DNA from: an archaeon | GTDB lineage: Archaea > Nanobdellota > Nanobdellia > SCGC-AAA011-G17 > GW2011-AR17 | Direction: 5' to 3' | Assembly (NCBI GenBank): GCA_018692925.1 | Contig: JABHLH010000019.1 | Location: forward strand, 63,322-127,321 | DNA: 64,000 bases | Translations under genes and position numbers: made by a program | Shown here: positions 54,581-63,422 of the stretch, piece after piece | Numbering within the stretch: position 1 is the first letter of the stretch | How the letters are laid out: each line of letters begins with the position of its first letter | The notes under the pieces: model-generated | The model's database searches: none | Told to the model about the DNA's origin: nothing | Seen by the model: only the letters and a program-made list of their open reading frames with translations

Positions 54581-56857
54581 TTACTGATTTTTCAATTCTT
54601 CTTTTAGCCATTCTTCCCATCTTTCTTTAATGAGTTTTGTATCTTGAGAGCCTACATCATTTTTTACTTCTTCAGAAATTCTATAAAACTTTTCATTTGA
54701 TTTCAAAGAAAACTCTGCTTCTAAAATATTTTTATCATTAATTTTTTTAGAATAATCAACTAATAAAGATTTAATTTCAGCTCTTAATTTAATATTGTCC
54801 CAAATTGCATCCCAGTTTCCAACCCATTCTTTAACTCCACCACCAATTGCTTTCAAAACTTCAGAGTCACCATTGATTAAATCAGGAGTAGGTTCTAACA
54901 TATCAGTTTTAGCATTGTATTTCATTAAGTCAACAAAACCATTTTCTTGTAAAGGATCATCTTCCCAGGTTTTTCTAACTTCAGTAATAGAAGTAACTCT
55001 TCTCATTTTGCTCATACCAGAAGCAGATTGAATTGGAGAACACATAACAATAATATCAGTTGCCTTGAAAGAAGTTTTTGGTACACCTAAATCATTTACA
55101 ACTCTGTCAAAAATACCATAAGGAGAATCTCCGTGAATAGTTCCTGCAACAACATTAGCAGATGCACCAATTCTCATTGCTTCATAAAGTGCAAGAGCTT
55201 CAGTACTTCTAACTTCCCCTACAATAAGTGCAGAATCACCAAGTCTTAAAGAAGTTCTAATTCCTTCATCAGCTGGAACCTCTGCTCCACCTTTTACTAA
55301 AGCAGATCTAACTTTTAAGGGTTGAATGTTATAACCAAGTTTTCTCATTGCTTCACTTGGAAGTTCTAAAGTATCCTCAACAGTTAATACTCTATACTTT
55401 CTCATAATTTCTAACAACATAGAACCTAAGAAAGATGATTTACCAGAGGACCTAGTTCCTGCAACTAAATGTGTTCTTGCTCCGTGAATTGTAAAACTTA
55501 AAAGACCTGCTCCTAATGGAGAAATCATTTTGTTCTCAATAAATAAAGGTAAAGTCCAAGGTTTATCTCTGTGTCTTCTAAAAGACATACCATAACCATA
55601 AGGATTTAATGGTTTACCAATAATTGAAAGTCTTGATCTTGCTTTAGGTAAAATTACTTCTGTATCTAAAATAGGGTTTGCTTCGTCTAAAGGCCTTCCA
55701 GAAAGTAATCTTAACTTTGTTGCCCAACTTTCAAAATCATTTACTGTTGGAGTAATATTTGTTGTACATTCATTGTGATCATTGTGTAAAAGAAAAATTG
55801 GAACTTGGCCCATAGGAGAATTTATTGTTAAGTCTTGAACATTAGGATCTTCTAATAATAATTCAATAACACCAAAACCAATTGTGTGCCTCACTAAAAT
55901 CTCTGTAAGATTTTCTATTTCTTCAGGAGAAAGAAACATCCCTTTTTGTTCAGCAAGTTCTTGAATCATACCTTTACCTATATTGGTAAAAGTTCTACGC
56001 ATTTTATGAGGGTCTAAAAATTCTTCATTTCTGGGTTGATGTTCAGAAAGAACTTTTCTTGCTAACTCAATTAACTCATATTGGTCCTCTGTAAGATTAA
56101 ATTCTGGAGGATTAATTTGATATAATTTTTTAATGTCATCTTTTAATTCATAAACTGTTACATCTGTTGTAGGATTTATTTTGTAAATTGCTAATTGTTT
56201 TCCATCAAGAGGAGGAGAAGTTACTAACTTAGTATACATAAAATCTGGAGTTATTGAAGGTTTGAAAAATAATTTGTAAATTTCTCTATTGTTTAAAGTA
56301 TAACCTGGAAGATATTCTCTTGCCAAATCAATAAGTTTAGTTTTATCTAATTGTATAAAAATTTGATTTAACATATCTAAATATATTTGTAAAGATTGTT
56401 TTTGTGTAATGTCAGTTGTAGATTTTAAAATAATATTATTCTGCCTAAGCAATCTTTTTAACTCTACATAAGCACCAAGAGGATCTGTTTTTAATAAAGT
56501 GAAAAGAATAAATCTTAATGGATCAAACCTTTGACCTAAAACTTGTGGAGGATCAGAAGCTAAACCAAAATTTTCTAACCTTGTAGCTTTTTTACTCTTT
56601 ACAAAATAATTGTAAATATTTGCAATTTCTATTAAAAGTTGAGTTTGATCATAACTATAATTATAATTTCTCCTTTGTGAAAAAATTAAACGAGAAATAG
56701 AAGGATTTTCAATTAATTTTTCAATAGCATCAAGCATAACTAAATGATTATCTTCAATTGAAGGTATGTGAGAAATGGATTCATAATTAATTTTAAGAAT
56801 CTCATCCTCTCCCTCTTTTAAGATTTCAGTATTATTTGGTGTTTGTGTGTAAACCAT
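54581..56857 (-). CDS. type IV pilus/archaellum assembly ATPase (FlaI/TadA/VirB11 family) with long N-terminal extension
   Basis: Walker A GTRSSGKSS, Asp-box VLTVEDTLEL, Walker B DSALIVGEVRS, His-box GTIHGDSPYG. 758 aa. Confidence 0.8.
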   Translation of the reverse strand: MVYTQTPNNTEILKEGEDEILKINYESISHIPSIEDNHLVMLDAIEKLIENPSISRLIFSQRRNYNYSYDQTQLLIEIANIYNYFVKSKKATRLENFGLASDPPQVLGQRFDPLRFILFTLLKTDPLGAYVELKRLLRQNNIILKSTTDITQKQSLQIYLDMLNQIFIQLDKTKLIDLAREYLPGYTLNNREIYKLFFKPSITPDFMYTKLVTSPPLDGKQLAIYKINPTTDVTVYELKDDIKKLYQINPPEFNLTEDQYELIELARKVLSEHQPRNEEFLDPHKMRRTFTNIGKGMIQELAEQKGMFLSPEEIENLTEILVRHTIGFGVIELLLEDPNVQDLTINSPMGQVPIFLLHNDHNECTTNITPTVNDFESWATKLRLLSGRPLDEANPILDTEVILPKARSRLSIIGKPLNPYGYGMSFRRHRDKPWTLPLFIENKMISPLGAGLLSFTIHGARTHLVAGTRSSGKSSFLGSMLLEIMRKYRVLTVEDTLELPSEAMRKLGYNIQPLKVRSALVKGGAEVPADEGIRTSLRLGDSALIVGEVRSTEALALYEAMRIGASANVVAGTIHGDSPYGIFDRVVNDLGVPKTSFKATDIIVMCSPIQSASGMSKMRRVTSITEVRKTWEDDPLQENGFVDLMKYNAKTDMLEPTPDLINGDSEVLKAIGGGVKEWVGNWDAIWDNIKLRAEIKSLLVDYSKKINDKNILEAEFSLKSNEKFYRISEEVKNDVGSQDTKLIKERWEEWLKEELKNQ

Positions 56858-56973
56858 ATCCTTGAGAAAATTAATAGGAAGAGAGTTAAAATAAGTTTCT
56901 ATTGTGGAAATATAGTTTATATGTTATAAAAAGGTTTATTAATTAGTAAAGGATAAATTTAAGTTAGGAGAGG

Positions 56974-57468
56974 TTGAGTGATTCCTCGTTATTTTATACC
57001 ATGGGACAAGAACAAGGACAAGTGGATTTTACACAAGCTATGAATGAATTAGCTAATAGACTAAGAGTTTTGGAAAGTAAACATGGAACTTATGCTGAAA
57101 AATTATTAGTTATGAATCAAAATATGATTGAAGAACATAAAAAAACAATAAGTGAAATTAAATCTGTTCGACAAGATTTAGTGAATATAAATAAAGATAT
57201 TGAAACTGTGAAAAATGTTGTAAAACATTTAAGTGATGAAGCAGGAAAATTTGCTAAAAATCAAGATGTGAAAGTTCTTCAGAAGTATATAGATTATTGG
57301 AACCCTATGAATTTTATGACAGAGAAAGATGTTTTGAAATTAGTTGATAAAATTTTAGGAGAAAAAGGAGTTATCCATAAAAGAGTTGAGAAAATGGAGA
57401 AAGAAATTGATGATAGTCTTGAAACTAAATTTGGATTAAATCCAGAGGGAGAAAAAGATGGCGAATGA
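56974..57468 (+). CDS. coiled-coil protein, unknown function
   Basis: The track start at 56974 is GTG, 4 nt after an AGGAGAGG SD; an alternative ATG is at 57001. Heptad-rich. Divergent from the FlaI-like gene. Confidence 0.4.
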   Translation: MSDSSLFYTMGQEQGQVDFTQAMNELANRLRVLESKHGTYAEKLLVMNQNMIEEHKKTISEIKSVRQDLVNINKDIETVKNVVKHLSDEAGKFAKNQDVKVLQKYIDYWNPMNFMTEKDVLKLVDKILGEKGVIHKRVEKMEKEIDDSLETKFGLNPEGEKDGE

Positions 57469-58141
57469 AACACCAGTAGGTGAAGTTTTAGAATTTATTA
57501 AGAAAGGTTTAAGTAATGAAGAGATAACTAAACAATTAGAAGTAAAAGGTTTTAATTTGCAACAAATTTCAGATGCTATTAATCAAGCTAAAATAAAAGA
57601 AGGAGTTGAAGGAAATATGCCAGAACAAAATATGCAAGAACAACAACAAAGTATGGAACAAGATATCCCCTTGCCACAAGGTCAACCAGAAGGTCAAGTT
57701 CAAAGCCCTGGAGTCACAGAAGTTCAAGGTGGAATGCAGGAACAGTATCAACAACAAGAACAGTATCCTCCACAGCAAGCTTACCCACAACAAAGTCAAA
57801 GTTATGGAGATATGCAAGCATTAGTTGAACAAATTATTGAAGAGAAGTGGCAAGCAGCAATGAAAGATATGGGTGATGTTAGAGTTTTCAAAGCAAGAGT
57901 TAGCGATGATATGGAAGCTGTAAAACAAGAATTAGTGAGAACTCAAAAGAGATTAGAAGATTTACAAGTTGCTGTAATGGGTAAAGTAAAAGACTATAGT
58001 GATGGTGTTGTAAAGATTGGAAGTGATATGAAAGCTTTAGAAAAAGTATTTACAAAAATAATGGAACCTTTAACATTAAATGTAAAAGAATTAGGTAGAA
58101 TTTCTGAAGAATTTAAAGGACACCATAAAAGGAAAAAATAA
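57458..58141 (+). CDS. Gln-rich low-complexity/coiled-coil protein
   Basis: ATGGCGAATGA overlap with the upstream gene. Central Q/P-rich region and a C-terminal coiled-coil. Confidence 0.4.
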   Translation: MANETPVGEVLEFIKKGLSNEEITKQLEVKGFNLQQISDAINQAKIKEGVEGNMPEQNMQEQQQSMEQDIPLPQGQPEGQVQSPGVTEVQGGMQEQYQQQEQYPPQQAYPQQSQSYGDMQALVEQIIEEKWQAAMKDMGDVRVFKARVSDDMEAVKQELVRTQKRLEDLQVAVMGKVKDYSDGVVKIGSDMKALEKVFTKIMEPLTLNVKELGRISEEFKGHHKRKK

Positions 58142-58160
58142 TTTCTTTTTTTTTATATTA

Positions 58161-58700
58161 TTAACTCGTGTTGGCAGATATAAATCTAACACCGAAACCA
58201 GCAATAACAATCAAAAGTAAAAAACCTAAAATCTTAGGAGTGAATAAAATTTGACCAATATTCTGAACTAAATCACCATCTTCAGTCGTAGTATCAGTAG
58301 AAGTAATATCATGAATTTGTTCTCCATAAACCTGTGTGAATGCAAAACCGAATATACCTAAACTAATAATTAATATTGCCCAAAAAACAACTATATTTGA
58401 TCCAAATACACCAGAGACTACGTCTGGATTTACACCCATGAATAGGAAAGTTAAGATTAGGAATAATAAAAAGATAAATAATACAATAAACCAAGGTAAT
58501 GATAAAGTAATTACTTCTGAAATTCCAGGTACTATAATAAATAAAGCAGCTAAACAAAATGAAAGTAATAAATTAACCCAAGGTTGTTTGGAAAAAAATC
58601 CAGTCTTTTCAAGTAATGCCCAAAGTACAACCATTACAAAGAGAAAAACAATTATTGGAATAAAATATTCAACTAGTCCTAAGTCAAGTACACTAGCCAT
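58161..58700 (-). CDS. polytopic membrane protein, paralog 3 of tandem triplet
   Basis: Shares N-terminal architecture (MAS...LG..., then four TM helices) with the two following genes. Confidence 0.4.
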   Translation of the reverse strand: MASVLDLGLVEYFIPIIVFLFVMVVLWALLEKTGFFSKQPWVNLLLSFCLAALFIIVPGISEVITLSLPWFIVLFIFLLFLILTFLFMGVNPDVVSGVFGSNIVVFWAILIISLGIFGFAFTQVYGEQIHDITSTDTTTEDGDLVQNIGQILFTPKILGFLLLIVIAGFGVRFISANTS

Positions 58701-59260
58701 TATCTATTTTTCCTCCCTAATTGATCTGATAAACTTCCTAGGCCTTTGAATAAATCAACCATACCTTTGTCTGATTTACCAGGTTCACTTGTAATAAAGA
58801 ATAGGAAGACGAAAAATAAACCTATACCAATTATTAAATACCAATCAGATTGTGAAAATTCTAACCATGAAGGAATGCTTAATGAAGCTGAAGCAAATAA
58901 AGCCCAAGATACTGCACCAAGAGTAAGTAAAACACCTAAACCTAAAGGAAGACCAGACCAGCCTTCAGATGGACCAAGTAAAATTCCAATTAATAATAAG
59001 ATTACAACAAATACTAAAGCAATTAATGAAACTTGAGGTAAAAATTGATTCATAATTTCTACAATAGAAACTTGTCTCACAACAAGAAGAGCCATAGATA
59101 ATGCAATAATTGCATTAAAGTTTTTACTGTTCTCTCCAAAGATTTTTATCTTTTGTAAGATTGCAAAAATTAAAGTAAAGATTAGAATGAAAGGTAAAGC
59201 TACATCATAAAAGCCTAAACTTTCAAGATTATTCATAAATTGTGTTAGTTCAGATGCCAT
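58700..59260 (-). CDS. polytopic membrane protein, paralog 2 of tandem triplet
   Basis: MASELTQFMNNLESLGFYDVALPFILIFTLIFAILQKIKIFG aligns with the paralog at 59260. Confidence 0.45.
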   Translation of the reverse strand: MASELTQFMNNLESLGFYDVALPFILIFTLIFAILQKIKIFGENSKNFNAIIALSMALLVVRQVSIVEIMNQFLPQVSLIALVFVVILLLIGILLGPSEGWSGLPLGLGVLLTLGAVSWALFASASLSIPSWLEFSQSDWYLIIGIGLFFVFLFFITSEPGKSDKGMVDLFKGLGSLSDQLGRKNR

Positions 59261-59823
59261 TATTCATCATCACCCCCACCTGAATCACTGCTACCAGAGT
59301 CAAATACAAATTTCATAACTCCGAAAGTTAATAGTAAGAAAACTACAATAATAAATACATCATTTCCAATTCCTCCAACATAATCATAAATTATATCTAA
59401 CCATCCAAAGGAATGGAAGAATACAGCTACAATAGCTACAATGAAAACACCTGCAAAGTATTTGTTCCATCCTGCAAACATTTTGTAGAAATCAAATTCT
59501 TCTTTTCCGGAAGCAAATGATCCAACTAACATTAGGAATGAAACTACTGCAATCAAAATTAATGCGATTAAAGGTAAAGATTCTTGTAAGGATGCTACAA
59601 TCTCTTTTGCAGCTACAACAAAGAAAGCAATACTAAAAGCAACCATTGCATTTAGATTTTTTTTAGGAATATCATTCCCTTTAAATTTTTCAGTACCAAA
59701 GATTTTTGTTTTTTCAAGGATACCAAAAACAATTGTGAAAACTAATAAGAAAGGTAAAACCACATCAAAAAATCCAAAGTCTTGTAATAAGTCTATCGCC
59801 TCTCCTAAAACAGTAGTCGCCAT
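59260..59823 (-). CDS. polytopic membrane protein, paralog 1 of tandem triplet, acidic Ser/Gly tail
   Basis: MATTVLGEAIDLLQDFGFFDVVLPFLLVFTIVFGILEKTKIFG. C-terminal DSGSSDSGGGDDE. Confidence 0.45.
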   Translation of the reverse strand: MATTVLGEAIDLLQDFGFFDVVLPFLLVFTIVFGILEKTKIFGTEKFKGNDIPKKNLNAMVAFSIAFFVVAAKEIVASLQESLPLIALILIAVVSFLMLVGSFASGKEEFDFYKMFAGWNKYFAGVFIVAIVAVFFHSFGWLDIIYDYVGGIGNDVFIIVVFLLLTFGVMKFVFDSGSSDSGGGDDE

Positions 59824-59881
59824 AAGTGGATATTAGACAAAGAGAATTTATAAAACTATCGTTAATTATTAAAGAAAAAAA

Positions 59882-60178
59882 TTAAAAGTCTGCATCCATA
59901 GATGCATCTTCATCAAGTTGTTCTTCATAACTAGGTACTGCATTTTTTGAGATTATCATAATGTCACCAACAGCTTTAACTAATTGATGAGGAACTATAA
60001 CACCTCTTGCACCACTTAAAATTCTAGTTAAGAAAGAATTTTTGGTTGCTTTAATTCTCCATCCAGCAACTTTGTTACCTTGAAGAACTGCTTCATCTAT
60101 ATCTCCGAAATAATCACCAGAATCTGTGAATACCTGCATATTATAAACTTCGTTTACGTTTTTGATTTTTAGAGCCAT
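59882..60178 (-). CDS. PRC-barrel domain protein
   Basis: 98 aa. VFTDSGDYFGDIDEAVLQGNKVAGWRI...GVIVPHQLVKAVGDIMIISKNAV fits the PRC-barrel pattern. Confidence 0.6.
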   Translation of the reverse strand: MALKIKNVNEVYNMQVFTDSGDYFGDIDEAVLQGNKVAGWRIKATKNSFLTRILSGARGVIVPHQLVKAVGDIMIISKNAVPSYEEQLDEDASMDADF

Positions 60179-60239
60179 TTTATTCCTCCTGTGTTATAAG
60201 AGATAATCTTTTAAGTGTTTAAATATTTTTCTTTACTAT

Positions 60240-60911
60240 ATGCATAAAATAGGCAATTTATGGTTGATTGGGACCTCACACATTTCTCCAGAGAGTGTGA
60301 AAGAGGTTAGAAAAGTTATTTTGGAAAATGAAGTTGATATAGTAGCTATTGAATTAGATAAAGGAAGATTTTTATCTTTGATGGGGAAAAAATCTAAGAT
60401 TAGAATTAGAGAGATTAGAAGAATTGGTGTGAAAGGATTTCTATTTATGTTGTTAGGAGCTTGGGTTGAAGAACAATTAGGGAAAGTTGTGAAAACAAAA
60501 CCAGGAGCTGAAATGAAAAGTGCAGTGAAAGCTGCAGCCAAAATAAAAGCTAGGATTGCATTGATTGATCAAAATATTAATATTACATTGAAAAGATTGT
60601 TTAAAGAAATTACTTGGAAAGAAAAGTTTAGATTTGTTTGGGATATTATTAAGGGAGTTGTATTAAGAAAACAAGAAATTGAAGGTTTTGATTTGAGAAA
60701 AGTACCAAGCGAAAATATGATTGCTAAACTAGTTGATAAAGTAAAAGATAGGTATCCTTCTATTTACAAAACTTTGATCCATGAAAGAAATATTGTTATG
60801 GCTAATAGATTAGTTAAAATGATGCAAAGAGAAGAAGATAAAAAAATTGTTGCAGTTGTTGGTGCTGGTCATGTTAGAGGTATGATGGAAATAATAAAAA
60901 AGAAAATATGA
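60240..60911 (+). CDS. TraB/PrgY-family protein
   Basis: LIGTSHISPESVKEVRKVILENEVDIVAIELDKGR and C-terminal VVGAGHVRG match the TraB family. Confidence 0.6.
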   Translation: MHKIGNLWLIGTSHISPESVKEVRKVILENEVDIVAIELDKGRFLSLMGKKSKIRIREIRRIGVKGFLFMLLGAWVEEQLGKVVKTKPGAEMKSAVKAAAKIKARIALIDQNINITLKRLFKEITWKEKFRFVWDIIKGVVLRKQEIEGFDLRKVPSENMIAKLVDKVKDRYPSIYKTLIHERNIVMANRLVKMMQREEDKKIVAVVGAGHVRGMMEIIKKKI

Positions 60912-61429
60912 AAATATATATAATTGGCACTATGGGTTCAGGGAAGACAACTCTTGCTAATAAACTTTCTAAAAAATTAAATATTAATCATTATGAACTC
61001 GATGATATATATTGGAAAAGAAAATATGATCTTAAAAGAACTAATCTAGAATGTGAAAAAAGATTAGAAAAGATATCAAAAAAGAAAAAATGGATCATAG
61101 AAGGAGTTTACTCAAAGTGGATTGAACCTGGAATAAAAGAAAGCGATATGGTAGTTTGGTTGGACCCACCTTTTTTTAAATTAGTTTATAGAATAATTTT
61201 TAGAAAATTAAAGCGAAGAAAAAGAAAAGGATTTGTCGATAAATGGGATGATGTTTTTCTAATGATCAAAAATAATTATGGATATGTTAATGCTAAACAT
61301 GATAAGGCAGAAGATAACTGGGGATCAAAAACTAGAACACAACAAAGGGAATTAATTCATAAACATAAAATTAAACATGTTTTTTTGAAGAATAATAAAG
61401 AAATAAAAGATTTTTTGAAAGCAATTTAA
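60908..61429 (+). CDS. P-loop NTPase, adenylate-kinase-like (topology modulation/FlaR-like)
   Basis: IIGTMGSGKTTLANKL Walker A. 173 aa. Small AAA/NMP-kinase-like architecture. Confidence 0.55.
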   Translation: MKIYIIGTMGSGKTTLANKLSKKLNINHYELDDIYWKRKYDLKRTNLECEKRLEKISKKKKWIIEGVYSKWIEPGIKESDMVVWLDPPFFKLVYRIIFRKLKRRKRKGFVDKWDDVFLMIKNNYGYVNAKHDKAEDNWGSKTRTQQRELIHKHKIKHVFLKNNKEIKDFLKAI

Positions 61430-61912
61430 TTAAGATACTTTCTCACCCATAGACTCTAAAATTCTTTCAATAGTAGCTGTATGTTCGTAAGCAGGTAAAT
61501 ACCATTTTGCTGCTGTCCAAGTAAATTCAGGTGTTTCCAAATATCTAGTAAGATCTTCAATACCTTCTGCTTTTAATTTAAGACCAAAATCTTTCAAAAC
61601 ATCCATAAAATCTCCATTTACAAGAATAGTTTGAAGACCATATAATTCTTTTTCCTCTTGACAAGGAATCATACTTTCGTTAGTACCTCTCACTAATTCT
61701 ACCCACATATAATCAAAAGGATTTCTGTCAGGTAAAAATTTTAATTTTTTATCAACATAATTATGTTTTATCCAACCTTTTCCACTCCAAACAGGAAAAC
61801 CTTGGAATCTATTTTTAAATTGGCTTTGGATTTGATCGTATCTTTTAGAATTCATTTCTGTATAAAAAATAAAGTTAGTTCCCATTGTAAATTTTAGAAA
61901 TGTAAAGTTCAT
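61430..61912 (-). CDS. hypothetical protein
   Basis: 160-aa ORF, no motif recognised. Confidence 0.35.
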   Translation of the reverse strand: MNFTFLKFTMGTNFIFYTEMNSKRYDQIQSQFKNRFQGFPVWSGKGWIKHNYVDKKLKFLPDRNPFDYMWVELVRGTNESMIPCQEEKELYGLQTILVNGDFMDVLKDFGLKLKAEGIEDLTRYLETPEFTWTAAKWYLPAYEHTATIERILESMGEKVS

Positions 61913-61952
61913 TTAAATGAATATATAGAATAAAAAATAGGGAAAGAAAGGA

Positions 61953-62558
61953 TTATTTTTTCTTCTTCTTAACTTTTTTCTTAGAAGTTTTCTTTTTCAC
62001 TTTCTTCTTTACTGTTTTTTTCTTAACTTTCTTTTTAACTTTTCTTTTAGAAGGCTTTTTGTAAACTTTAATTTCTTTTCTTTTTTTAGGCATAAGTGTT
62101 AAATATGCTAATACTAAGAATACCATAACTAAGATTGCACCAATTATCCAAAAAATAATTGAAACCCCTCTTTCAACTTCTGCTGCTTGGAATCTAACTT
62201 CAACACTCTCTCTATAAGCAACTCTTTTTGAAAAATCTTGTCCATCTAATTTACCAGTTAAAGTAAGATATTTTATTTCTTCTTTACTGTAATCTTCTAA
62301 AATTTCTGTAAGATCTGCAATTAAAAAAATGGTATTATCTGAGACTTCGATACTTGTATCTGCTAAATAAGTATCTGAAAGAGAATTGGTTTCTACTTTT
62401 ACAGTCAAATCTGTGAATTTAAGATCTAAAGTATTTAATCCTGAAAAAGATAAAGTTAATTCGTTTGATTCTAAAGAATCTACATCAACAGTTAATGCAG
62501 AGACAGAAAACAAACTAAGACTTAAAATAATAAGTAAAAGTATTGATATCTTTTTCAT
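61953..62558 (-). CDS. secreted protein with C-terminal TM anchor and poly-Lys tail
   Basis: Signal peptide MKKISILLLIILSLSLFSVSA. C-terminal TM. Tail KKKVKKKTVKKKVKKKTSKKKVKKKKK. Confidence 0.45.
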   Translation of the reverse strand: MKKISILLLIILSLSLFSVSALTVDVDSLESNELTLSFSGLNTLDLKFTDLTVKVETNSLSDTYLADTSIEVSDNTIFLIADLTEILEDYSKEEIKYLTLTGKLDGQDFSKRVAYRESVEVRFQAAEVERGVSIIFWIIGAILVMVFLVLAYLTLMPKKRKEIKVYKKPSKRKVKKKVKKKTVKKKVKKKTSKKKVKKKKK

Positions 62559-62633
62559 ATGCCTAAAAGAGCCTTATTAGTATATAAATGTTTGTTCAAA
62601 AAGTTTATAAATAAGGAGTTAGAAAAATATTTT

Positions 62634-63383
62634 ATGGTAGAAGCAGATTATGGAAAAATTAGTCAGATTTATGATTATCTAAGAGCAGTTGAAACACAAG
62701 GTTTAACAAAAGCAGATGGAGCATTTGTTTTTGGAAGAGCGGATCCAAGAATAGCTGATAGAACTTATACATTATTTAGAAATGAATTAATTGATTATGC
62801 AATGATTAGTGGTGGAATTGGAAAAGATTCTGGTGCTCTTGAAAGATTAGAATTGCCTGAAGCAGAATACTTAGCTGCAAGATTAAGATGGACTCATGGA
62901 GTTCAAGATGATAAATTATTAGTTGAGAGCTTTGCTAGTAATGGTGGAGAAAATTCAAGATTTGGAATTCAAAATATTTTAAATTCTGGAAGAGCTCATG
63001 ATAATTTAATAATGGTCGCACATAGTACTTCATTGAGAAGATTATGGGCAAGTCATTTAGTTGAAGCAGAGAAAATGGGTTTTGAAGCAAATTATCAATT
63101 AAGAGGTTCAGAATATGATTTTGATCCAAGAAATCTAAATGATAGAAATGAAGCAGTTACAGAATTAATAAGATTAGCAGTTTGGCCTGAAAAAAAATGG
63201 AGTAAAGAACAAGAAGATCTTCCTTTAGATTTAGTTGAATATGCAAAAGATTACCTTAAAGACCAATTAGAAGAAGTAGCACAAATAAAAATGAATTTTG
63301 AAGAACTATTATCAGGTGGATCATATAGAATTAAAGAAAGTCCTGGAAGATTAGATATTTATATTGATCTTATCTCTAGATAA
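62634..63383 (+). CDS. DUF218 (YdcF/ElyC-like) domain protein
   Basis: AFVFGRADPRIADRT...MISGGIGK...EAEYLA...ESFASNGGENSRF fits the DUF218 pattern. The track ORF begins at 62559 but abuts the divergent gene's start codon; the ATG at 62634 has a TATA and an SD upstream. Confidence 0.5.
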   Translation: MVEADYGKISQIYDYLRAVETQGLTKADGAFVFGRADPRIADRTYTLFRNELIDYAMISGGIGKDSGALERLELPEAEYLAARLRWTHGVQDDKLLVESFASNGGENSRFGIQNILNSGRAHDNLIMVAHSTSLRRLWASHLVEAEKMGFEANYQLRGSEYDFDPRNLNDRNEAVTELIRLAVWPEKKWSKEQEDLPLDLVEYAKDYLKDQLEEVAQIKMNFEELLSGGSYRIKESPGRLDIYIDLISR

Positions 63384-63422
63384 TAAAAAACTATAAATAC
63401 TTCTTTGTATTATTTTATTAAT

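Noticed and set aside
62559-62633. Extended start of the DUF218 gene at 62559.
   Set aside because: It would leave no promoter space with the divergent gene whose start codon ends at 62558. The internal ATG at 62634 has a TATA and an SD.
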